From Actinomycetes bacterium (GTDB lineage: Bacteria; Actinomycetota; Coriobacteriia; Coriobacteriales; Atopobiaceae), in assembly GCA_029546925.1 (NCBI GenBank), contig JAKPQM010000068.1, positions 1 to 24,000 on the forward strand: a stretch of DNA of 24,000 bases. Reading direction: 5' to 3'. The position numbers and the translations under genes were made by a program. Positions 8,412-15,082 of the stretch are shown in pieces; the first letter of the stretch is position 1, and each line of letters opens with the position of its first letter. Below the pieces are notes generated by a model, which saw only the letters and a program-made list of their open reading frames with translations, was not told the origin of the DNA and ran no database searches.

Positions 8412-8717
8412 GAATCGCCACGGGCCGGTATCTCATTGACGTCTTGTTTTGGTCCCCAGAGGCATGGGAGGGCAATCGGGTGTCCTGTGGTCTGTGTCCG
8501 GGGCCGAACCATCGCGCCCGGGATCTAGATGGACCTCGATGCTTGGGAGTCCGATGTCTTGTCGCACAGTCTGCCCACGCCCGACCATCCCCTCGCCATG
8601 CAGAGGCAAGCGACATCCAGCATGTCCAGGCGCACGTACGCGCCTTCGGACTGGCTTGATTAGAGGGTACTAATTGCCCCGGACACAAATTGACAGCTGA
8701 CCGCTGCCATACGGCAG

Positions 8718-9002
8718 CTAACGCCTCCGCTCGGGGCTTGCGAGAGCGACGCTGGCGGCCTGCTTGTTGATGAGGATCTTCCTGCCTACGCGTTCGTGGG
8801 GGAGCCTCCCGCTCTCGATGAGACGGTAGACCCTTCGCCTGTCGACTTGGAAGTAGAGCTCAACTGCTCGCACGTCGAGCCAGATGTCCGAGTCGGGCAT
8901 CGATGAGTTGGCGAGCGAAAGCCTGTCAAGGTCCGCCTTGCACCGCGGGTGCAGGCGGTCCTCCTTGATCGCCCTTCTGATTGAGGCGTCTATCCCGGAC
9001 AT
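8718..9002 (-). CDS. Excisionase/MerR-type HTH DNA-binding protein (paralogue 2)
   Basis: C-terminal IWLDVRAVELYFQVDRRRVYRLIESGRLPHERVGRKILINKQAA aligns with paralogue 1. Start set at ATG 9002 (AGGGGG 6 nt upstream); the track start at 9110 would run through the promoter-like element. Confidence 0.65.
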   Translation of the reverse strand: MSGIDASIRRAIKEDRLHPRCKADLDRLSLANSSMPDSDIWLDVRAVELYFQVDRRRVYRLIESGRLPHERVGRKILINKQAASVALASPERRR

Positions 9003-9050
9003 CTCGTTCCCCCTCGTCATGAGGTTGTCCCGTAAGGGGAGGGCGGTCCC

Positions 9051-9131
9051 TTTATAGAGCCTGGAGATGTCTGCTGCACGCTGCATGGGATGACCAACTA
9101 TCACGTGCAATCAGACGGTATCCGCATCACA
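9051..9131 (-). promoter_or_regulatory. Copy 3 of the conserved bipartite promoter-like element (40-nt box 9092-9131, TATAAA at 9051-9056)
   Basis: Same architecture as copies 1 and 2. It lies upstream of HTH paralogue 2. Confidence 0.5.
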
Positions 9132-9191
9132 GAACCTGCACGATTGTTGCCCCAGAGAAACTGCCGAGTTTGCGCAGTTCAAGCACGCTGC

Positions 9192-9221
9192 TTGTGGCCA
9201 CTTGTGGCCAGTTTGTGGCCA
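9192..9221 (+). repeat. Three direct TTGTGGCCA repeats (cluster A)
   Basis: Copies at 9192-9200, 9202-9210 and 9213-9221, with 10-11 bp phasing. Confidence 0.85.
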
Positions 9222-9226
9222 TAGAC

Positions 9227-9260
9227 AAAGAAAAAGGTCAGGGGAATTACACCCCTGACC
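9227..9260 (-). terminator. Rho-independent terminator of tRNA-Pro
   Basis: 9-bp stem GGTCAGGGG/CCCCTGACC (9236-9244 and 9252-9260) with a 7-nt loop, followed on the minus strand by TTTTTCTTT (9235-9227). Confidence 0.8.
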
Positions 9261-9270
9261 TGCGATTTCA

Positions 9271-9347
9271 TGGTCGGGACGACTGGATTCGAACCAGCGG
9301 CCTCACGGTCCCGAACCGTGCGCGCTACCAAACTGCGCCACGTCCCG
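9271..9347 (-). tRNA. tRNA-Pro, anticodon CGG, CCA encoded
   Basis: Hand-folded cloverleaf. Acceptor CGGGACG/CGTCCCG, D stem GCGC/GCGC, anticodon stem CACGG/CCGTG with loop TTCGGGA, T arm GCTGG-TTCGAAT-CCAGT, discriminator A plus CCA. 77 nt. Confidence 0.9.
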
Positions 9348-9348
9348 A
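9309..9348 (-). repeat. 40-bp direct repeat, copy A (5' half of the intact tRNA-Pro plus 1 upstream nt)
   Basis: Identical to 9604-9643. Confidence 0.9.
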
Positions 9349-9485
9349 CATAGTGCCATATGTCAACTCTCCGGAGGGCACGTCTCCGGTGTCTCCGAAC
9401 GACCGCCTGCGAACTCCAGTCGACCGTCCATCGACGCCCTGCGAATCGGTTAAGCGGCAGCGCCGCAAACCCGTTCCGCGCGGGT

Positions 9486-9528
9486 TTTGTGGCCACGTTT
9501 GTGGCCACGCTGTGGCCTATTTGTGGCC
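9486..9528 (+). repeat. Four direct TTGTGGCCA-type repeats (cluster B)
   Basis: Copies at 9486-9494, 9498-9506, 9509-9517 (degenerate, CTGTGGCCT) and 9520-9528, with 11-12 bp phasing. Confidence 0.85.
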
Positions 9529-9603
9529 AACAACACACCAACGAGCCGTTTACCTGCGACTCCTCGGCTTTGGGAATTAGGTAGTGAAACTACGTTCCCT
9601 AGC

Positions 9604-9643
9604 TCCCGAACCGTGCGCGCTACCAAACTGCGCCACGTCCCGA
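9604..9643 (-). repeat. 40-bp direct repeat, copy B: an orphan 5' half of tRNA-Pro (not a functional tRNA)
   Basis: Perfect match to 9309-9348, ending exactly at the last base of the anticodon loop. The downstream sequence GCTAG... cannot close the anticodon stem. Confidence 0.9.
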
Positions 9644-9722
9644 TTGCGGGATACATACTAGCAGATTATCGACCCGCTGTGTTGGGAAACCACGGGCTGG
9701 ACGGCAAATCCGAGGCGCGCCG

Positions 9723-10049
9723 CTACACCTGGGTGACCACGAGCGAACCCGAGCCGGGGCTGACCACGACGCGACCGTTCACAATACCGCGCTCGTCGAA
9801 GAACACCATATCGACGCGCTCGTCGACATACTCCACATCGATGACGCCCTCCCAGCGCCCGATCTCCTCGCCCGTTGCAGAGTAGAGCGTCACCACGCGC
9901 TCGACGCCGCGACCATACTCGGCCTCCCAACGCGAAACCGTGCGGCTGCACGAAGAGCTGTTCACGACCAGCCAAACGAGAACCGCGACGACCGCGAAGG
10001 CGAGGATTGCCGTCACAGTGCCGACCTTCTTGACGACCTTAGTGTCCAT
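9723..10049 (-). CDS. Small membrane-anchored hypothetical protein
   Basis: 108 aa with one N-terminal hydrophobic helix. AAGGGGGG lies 6 nt upstream of ATG 10049. Confidence 0.55.
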   Translation of the reverse strand: MDTKVVKKVGTVTAILAFAVVAVLVWLVVNSSSCSRTVSRWEAEYGRGVERVVTLYSATGEEIGRWEGVIDVEYVDERVDMVFFDERGIVNGRVVVSPGSGSLVVTQV

Positions 10050-10290
10050 GGAATGCCCCCCTTACCGGGTATCTCCTCACCGGGTAACCTAAGGTCTACC
10101 CGTCCCGTATATCTCCAAACGGTGCCGTGCTGCGAGCACGGACCCTATTGATTATCCTCTAAAACTGCCGTCGATGCACCGAACGCTGTGGCTCTCCCAT
10201 GTATGTCAACCACCGCAGATGCGCTGTGCCCCATTCCACACCCATGCGCTATGATTGACGCAGCGATTATTCCGCTCTTGGGGAGGCATC

Positions 10291-11808
10291 ATGAGCGAGT
10301 TCATGGACATCATCACGGCCGATAACTTCACCTACAAGCAGAAGGTCCTCAAGCTTGCGCAGGCAGCCGAGAACAGCGAGCGCCCCATTCCCACCACGCC
10401 CGCATTCGACCGCTTTTTCTCGCGCGACGCCCTCTGCGACATGCACGAGGGCAACGCCCCCTACCGTGCCCGCTACATCTGCGTGGACTTCCAGAAATTC
10501 GCCGCACAGGGCAGTGATTTCCTACGCCTCGATGTGCCCGAGAACCTCGACGACCTGCTCTTCAACCTCGAGGTGCTCTATGAGAACATCCCGAGCGTCA
10601 CCGGACGCCCCGTCTACTGCGGCCAGCTCGATAAGATCATCGATCCCTTCCTCGGCGACCTCTCGGACGAGGAGATCCTGCCGCGCCTCAAGCGCTTCCT
10701 GAACTTCATCGACCGCACCGTCGCAAGCGGCTACTGCCACGCCAACATCGGCCCGGAGGAGACCCGCGCCGGACGCCTGCTGCTCGAAGCCGACGCCGAG
10801 GTCCAAAACGCCGTCCCCAACTTCACCATCAAGTACGATCCCGCGATCACGCCCGACGATTTCGCGCGCCTCTGCCTCAAGACCGCCATGCGCTGCGCTA
10901 ACCCCGCCTTCGCCAACCATCGCCTGCTCAAAGACACCTACCCCATTCCCGAGGCCGGCTACGGCTACGGCGACGGCTACACGGTCGTCTCCTGCTACAA
11001 CGTGCTGCCCGTCCGCGGCGGCGCCTACTGCCTCGATCGCATCAAGCTCAGCCAGCTCGCCGACATGGCGGGCTCGGTCGACGAGTTCGTCGACCAGCTC
11101 CTCCCCGAAGCCACGGCGGCGCTCCTCGAGTACATGAACGCGCGCGTGACCTTCCTCGTCGAGAAGTCAAACTTCTTCCAATCGTCGTTCCTCGTGCGTG
11201 AGGGCCTCATCGAGCGCGAGCGCTTCTGCGGCATGCTCGGCCTCATCGGCATGCACGAGTGCATCGAGAAGCTCCTCGGCCCCGGCCACGTCTACGGCAC
11301 AGATGCCGAGGCCAACGACCTCGCCGATGCCATCGCGAGCAAGATCACCGCCCAGGTGCTCGACTTCCCCGCCGTCTACTCCGAAATCGGCGGCGGCCGC
11401 TTCATGATGCACGCGCAAGCGGGCTTCGGCGACCAGCTGGAGTCCACTCCGGGCGTGCGCATCCGTGTGGGCGACGAGCCCGAGGTCTTCTACGACCACA
11501 TCCGCCACAGCGCACGCATGCATCGCTTCTTCACCGCCGGCGTCTCCGACATCTTCCCCGTGGAGCCCACCGCCACAGGCAATCTCGACGCGCTGCTCGA
11601 CGTGGTCAAGGGGGCCTTCGCCATCGACGACAAGTACCTCTCGTTCTATCCGGCGGATTCCGACCTCGTGCGCATCACGGGCTTCCTCGTGAAGCGTTCC
11701 GAGATGGAGAAGTTCGCGGCTGGCACGGCGGTGCTCGCCGACACGAGCCACGACGGCGAGGGCAACTGGCGCGCCAACGCACTCGGAGACCGCAAGGTCC
11801 GCCTGTAG
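10291..11808 (+). CDS. yjjI: YjjI-family glycyl radical enzyme (substrate unknown)
   Basis: About 505 aa, the size of E. coli YjjI. C-terminal glycyl-radical-like motif VRITGFLV. It is followed directly by a YjjW-type activase. Start set at ATG 10291, after GGGGAGG. Confidence 0.8.
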   Translation: MSEFMDIITADNFTYKQKVLKLAQAAENSERPIPTTPAFDRFFSRDALCDMHEGNAPYRARYICVDFQKFAAQGSDFLRLDVPENLDDLLFNLEVLYENIPSVTGRPVYCGQLDKIIDPFLGDLSDEEILPRLKRFLNFIDRTVASGYCHANIGPEETRAGRLLLEADAEVQNAVPNFTIKYDPAITPDDFARLCLKTAMRCANPAFANHRLLKDTYPIPEAGYGYGDGYTVVSCYNVLPVRGGAYCLDRIKLSQLADMAGSVDEFVDQLLPEATAALLEYMNARVTFLVEKSNFFQSSFLVREGLIERERFCGMLGLIGMHECIEKLLGPGHVYGTDAEANDLADAIASKITAQVLDFPAVYSEIGGGRFMMHAQAGFGDQLESTPGVRIRVGDEPEVFYDHIRHSARMHRFFTAGVSDIFPVEPTATGNLDALLDVVKGAFAIDDKYLSFYPADSDLVRITGFLVKRSEMEKFAAGTAVLADTSHDGEGNWRANALGDRKVRL

Positions 11809-11817
11809 GGATCTGCT

Positions 11818-12657
11818 GTGGCCTGTCGCGCACCTGTCAACAAGATCATCCCGTTCTCGCTGGTCGATGGCCCGGGCGCACGCTGCTCGATCTTCCTCCA
11901 AGGCTGCAATATCGCTTGCGTCTACTGCCACAACCCCGAGACGCAGCGGCTCTGCGTGGGCTGCGGCATCTGCGTGCGGCATTGCCCGGCAGGTGCGCTC
12001 GAGCTGGCGGGCGGCAGCGTGGTGTGGGATCAGGCCGCATGCGTGGAGTGCGATACCTGCATCAAGATCTGCGAGCATCGCGCGAGCCCGCGCATCGCAT
12101 GGCAGACTCCCGAGGAGATCTTCGAGATCGTGCGCGGCTACCTGCCCTTCATCCGCGGCATCACGGTCTCGGGTGGCGAGTGCATGCTCTACCCCGCTTT
12201 CCTGCGCGAGCTCTTCTCGCTCTGCAAAGCCGCCGGCCTCGGCACCCTCATCGACTCCAACGGCACGATAGATTTCGCCGAGCATGAGGATCTTCTCGCC
12301 GTGACCGACGGCGTCATGCTCGATGTGAAGGCTTGGGACCCGGACATGTTCTCCAAACTGACCGGCGGCAACGTGGAGCCCGTCAAGCGCAACCTCGCAT
12401 TTCTCGCCGAGCGCGGCAAGATCGAGGAGTTGCGCGTGGTGGTGGTCGACGGATGGACCGATCCCGAGGACACGGTCGGCGGCATGGCCGGGCTGCTGGG
12501 GGAGCGCACGGGTGCCCAGCGCCTGCGCCTGACGAAGTTCCGCCGCTTCGGCGTGCGCGGACCGCTCGCAGACGCGCCCTCCCCCACCGATGAGCGCATG
12601 GCCGCACTGGTGAGGCTGGCCGAACGCCTCGGCTTCGTCGATATCGTGCTGAGCTGA
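11818..12657 (+). CDS. yjjW: YjjW-family glycyl radical enzyme activase (radical SAM)
   Basis: CNIACVYC (CX3CX2C) radical-SAM cluster motif, plus two ferredoxin-like Cys clusters, CVGCGICVRHCP and CVECDTCIKICE. GTG start 10 nt after the yjjI stop. Confidence 0.85.
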   Translation: MACRAPVNKIIPFSLVDGPGARCSIFLQGCNIACVYCHNPETQRLCVGCGICVRHCPAGALELAGGSVVWDQAACVECDTCIKICEHRASPRIAWQTPEEIFEIVRGYLPFIRGITVSGGECMLYPAFLRELFSLCKAAGLGTLIDSNGTIDFAEHEDLLAVTDGVMLDVKAWDPDMFSKLTGGNVEPVKRNLAFLAERGKIEELRVVVVDGWTDPEDTVGGMAGLLGERTGAQRLRLTKFRRFGVRGPLADAPSPTDERMAALVRLAERLGFVDIVLS

Positions 12658-12671
12658 GCCGGCTCCTGCGG

Positions 12672-12872
12672 TCAAATCGTCTCCAGATCGTCTCGGCCCG
12701 TATCCTCAGGCGTGCGCCCGCCCTTCTCGGGCAGGCGCCCCGCCTTCTTGAGGGCAGCGCGCAGGATCCACTCGACCTGACCGTTGGCGCTGCGCATCTC
12801 ATCGGTGGCCCAGCGCTCCACAGCGCCCCAGATCTCGGGATCGATGCGCAGCGGATACTGTTTGCGGGCCAT
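12672..12872 (-). CDS. Ribbon-helix-helix (Arc/CopG/HicB-C-like) DNA-binding protein
   Basis: 66 aa. The pattern YPLRIDPEIWGAVERWATDEMRSANGQVEWILRAALKKAGR is strand-helix-helix. GAGGGTGGGG precedes the ATG, which lies 15 nt after the SPFH stop. Confidence 0.6.
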   Translation of the reverse strand: MARKQYPLRIDPEIWGAVERWATDEMRSANGQVEWILRAALKKAGRLPEKGGRTPEDTGRDDLETI

Positions 12873-12887
12873 ATCCCCACCCTCTCG

Positions 12888-13892
12888 CTAGTAGAGGCTG
12901 CCGGCGTTGAGGACCGGCTGCGCGTCGGACTCGCCGCAGAGGACCACCATGAGATTGGAGGCCATCGTCGCCTTGCGATCCTCGTCGAAGTCCACGACCC
13001 CGTTATCCGAGAGCTCGGTGAGCGCCATGTCGACCATGGAAACGGCACCCTCCACGATCTTCTTCCGAGCCGCGATGATGGCCTCGGCCTGCTGGCGGCG
13101 CAGCATGGCTTGGGCTATCTCGGGCGCATAGGCGAGATGGGTGAGGCGCGCATCCTCCACGGAGACGCCTGCGGGGGCAAGGCGTCGATCGAGCTCGGCC
13201 TTGAGCGCCGACGAGACCTCCTCGATGTTGGAGCGCAGCGTGATGGCAGAGCTGGAGGTGTCGTCATCCTCCATGTGGTCGTAGGCGTAGACGCTGGCCA
13301 CATGGCGCAGGGCCGTCTCCACCTGCATGCTCACATAGGACTCGTAGTCATCGACGTCGAAGACGGCCTTGGCGGTATCCACCACGCGCCATACCACCAC
13401 GGTCGCGATCTCGATGGGGTTGCCCATCTTGTCGTTGACCTTGATGCGCTCGCCGTTGTGGGTGCGGGCGCGCAGCGAGATGACCGAACGGTGCTTGCGT
13501 CCCCCGAGGTTGACCTTGAGCTTCTCCTCCCCCACCTCGACGCCGGAGTGCTCGGAAGGCTCCTCGCCCAGGTTCTTCGAGTAGAATGGGTTCGCCCAGC
13601 GCAGGCCCTCGTCGCGGACGGTTCCCGCATAGCTGCCGAAGAGCACGCACACGCGGGCCTGGCCCGGCTGGAGTGTGAAGAATCCATTGGTGACGACGAT
13701 CGCGACGACGAGGACCACGACGCTCGCAAACATCATGCAGAGCCCGGCGGTAGGATCAAGACCCCGCTCATCCGCCTCTACGAGCAGGACGATCGAACCG
13801 ATCATCAGGGCGACAGAGGTCACGTACAACAGAATCGTGGCGATCAGCATCGCCCATCCGCTTGCTGCATGTGCCTTCTTCTCAACGCTCAT
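12888..13892 (-). CDS. SPFH/band-7 domain membrane protein
   Basis: 334 aa with two N-terminal TM helices, then SPFH-type core sequence ([24 protein letters not shown]...) and a coiled C-terminal region ([23 protein letters not shown]). Confidence 0.8.
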   Translation of the reverse strand: MSVEKKAHAASGWAMLIATILLYVTSVALMIGSIVLLVEADERGLDPTAGLCMMFASVVVLVVAIVVTNGFFTLQPGQARVCVLFGSYAGTVRDEGLRWANPFYSKNLGEEPSEHSGVEVGEEKLKVNLGGRKHRSVISLRARTHNGERIKVNDKMGNPIEIATVVVWRVVDTAKAVFDVDDYESYVSMQVETALRHVASVYAYDHMEDDDTSSSAITLRSNIEEVSSALKAELDRRLAPAGVSVEDARLTHLAYAPEIAQAMLRRQQAEAIIAARKKIVEGAVSMVDMALTELSDNGVVDFDEDRKATMASNLMVVLCGESDAQPVLNAGSLY

Positions 13893-13959
13893 ATCCGTAC
13901 CTTTCTTATGCGAGGCGCGAGCCTCCCCGACGGAGGCGCTGCCCTCGTTATCTGATTAC

Positions 13960-13988
13960 ATAATGATATCACTTTGATAGCTTGTCAA
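13960..13988 (-). promoter_or_regulatory. Candidate sigma70-type promoter for the SPFH operon
   Basis: On the minus strand: TTGACA (13988-13983), a 17-nt spacer, then CATTAT (13965-13960). Confidence 0.35.
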
Positions 13989-14184
13989 CAAATGACGGGA
14001 CAAGATGCCCGTCACACCGTGACAAGGGGACAGGTCATTTGTCACGCTTTTAACAACCCGAGAAGTCCTCGCTACGAACATCCCCGTATGGACACGATCA
14101 TCCTTGGGATGTTCATGAACACCTGCAGGATGTGCGCATTTTGACTGGGATGTTCGTGGAGAGGAACGGCGCGCGCCCGCATAC

Positions 14185-14961
14185 CTACGACTCTAGCGAC
14201 ATCTCGAGGAAGTAGAAGTCCGAACGATAGATGGAGATCATGTATTCGCGGGGAATATCATCGCTGTCAAAGGAGATCCGCGTGATCTTGAGAACGGGTT
14301 CGCCCGGTTTGATGTGGAGCAGTTTGGCAATACGTTCATCAGCCGCTTGAGCGCACACCCTTTGATCCGCGCGGGACCATGATACATGCAAGATATTCGA
14401 GTAATACGAGCGGAGGGACTCCTTGGAGAAGTCCCTCTCCATAGCATGCGGGACATGGGATTCGGTCAGATGGATAACCTCGCTGTAATAGGGGGTGTCC
14501 CCCGCACAGCGCACACGCTCCAGGCGGTAGAGCGGTGTGCCCTCCTTCACCCCGAGCGCTGCCGCGCACTCGCTATCAGCAGGAACAATCTCCGCCGAGA
14601 TCACCCTCTTCTGCGCTGCGGCATCATCGGAAACGGTCCTCTTGAGATAGCTTGTGACTCGTCTTAGGGCCGAGGATGGCCTGTCGGACACGACCACCGA
14701 ACCACGACCGCGCCGGCGCTCTATAAGGCCGTTGCTCACCAGAAGCTCCATGGCCTTGCGGATAGTCGCCCTGCTCACGCCGAGATCGCGGACGAGCTCC
14801 GTTTCGGAGGGGATCAGGTCGCCAACCTTGTACGAGCCGTTGACGATCTCTTGGAACAGCAGGTTATAGAGCTGATAGTACAGCTGCTCGTGCGAGTCCT
14901 CGTTCAGGGACCATCGCCGGGTCGGTCTCTGAGCCACCTCTGTCGCCATCATCACCACCAT
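14185..14961 (-). CDS. GntR/HutC-family transcriptional regulator (wHTH plus UTRA domain)
   Basis: LIPSETELVRDLGVSRATIRKAMELLVSNGLIERRRGRGSVV, followed by a UTRA-like C-terminal domain. Start set at ATG 14961 (14952 and 14949 are also possible). The upstream 84 track codons are Arg-rich and unlikely to be coding. Confidence 0.85.
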   Translation of the reverse strand: MVVMMATEVAQRPTRRWSLNEDSHEQLYYQLYNLLFQEIVNGSYKVGDLIPSETELVRDLGVSRATIRKAMELLVSNGLIERRRGRGSVVVSDRPSSALRRVTSYLKRTVSDDAAAQKRVISAEIVPADSECAAALGVKEGTPLYRLERVRCAGDTPYYSEVIHLTESHVPHAMERDFSKESLRSYYSNILHVSWSRADQRVCAQAADERIAKLLHIKPGEPVLKITRISFDSDDIPREYMISIYRSDFYFLEMSLES

Positions 14962-15082
14962 GGAGTATGGGCGCCTGACACAATATGCTGCAGGCCGCAC
15001 GTTTATCGGGAAGCCCTTTCGGACGATCTCCCCATAATATAGACCAAATAAGGCGACACATACCTGAACGCTGCGTCTAGAC

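Larger units (their letters stand above)
1..9222 (-). mobile_element. Right-hand portion of an integrative conjugative element (Gram-positive type IV secretion, replication and excisionase-like modules). The left end is outside the window and the right boundary is approximate.
   Basis: Uninterrupted minus-strand array of VirB4-like, PrgI-like, Maff2-like, VirD4-like, DnaC/IstB-like and HTH_17-type ORFs with overlapping or few-nt junctions. It ends next to tRNA-Pro and an att-like repeat region. GC is visibly higher than in the 14-24 kb part. Confidence 0.75.

Noticed and set aside
8336-8688. Track ORFs of 74-115 aa in the 8269-8717 gap
   Set aside because: No RBS, mutually overlapping on both strands, and low-complexity Arg/Pro/Gly-rich products. 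The region is better explained as regulatory or structured non-coding DNA.
9192-9528. TTGTGGCCA arrays as a CRISPR array
   Set aside because: The units are 9 bp with only 1-3 bp between them. There are no spacers and no repeat of CRISPR length.
9604-9643. A second tRNA-Pro gene
   Set aside because: Only the 5' half is present. The sequence after the anticodon loop cannot form the anticodon stem, T arm or acceptor stem.
9170-9656. Track ORFs of 68-136 aa spanning the tRNA-Pro region
   Set aside because: They run through a tRNA gene, its terminator and the repeat arrays, so they are not credible coding sequence.
10148-10161. FNR/CRP-type site upstream of yjjI (TTGAT-tatc-CTCTA)
   Set aside because: Only one half-site matches TTGAT-N4-ATCAA; the second half is unrelated.
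11167-12675. 502-aa minus-strand ORF across yjjI/yjjW, and a similar 469-aa plus-strand ORF at 16204..17613 across PTS IIC
   Set aside because: Both are antisense to genes with strong family motifs. The translations are Asp/Glu/Arg/His-rich with no recognisable domain or RBS.
15075-15082. GTCTAGAC palindrome upstream of the GntR/HutC gene, resembling the core of DasR/NagR-type operators
   Set aside because: An 8-bp palindrome is expected many times by chance in 24 kb. The flanks (gcGTCTAGACct) match the longer consensus only partly, and it overlaps the stop codon of the P-loop gene.
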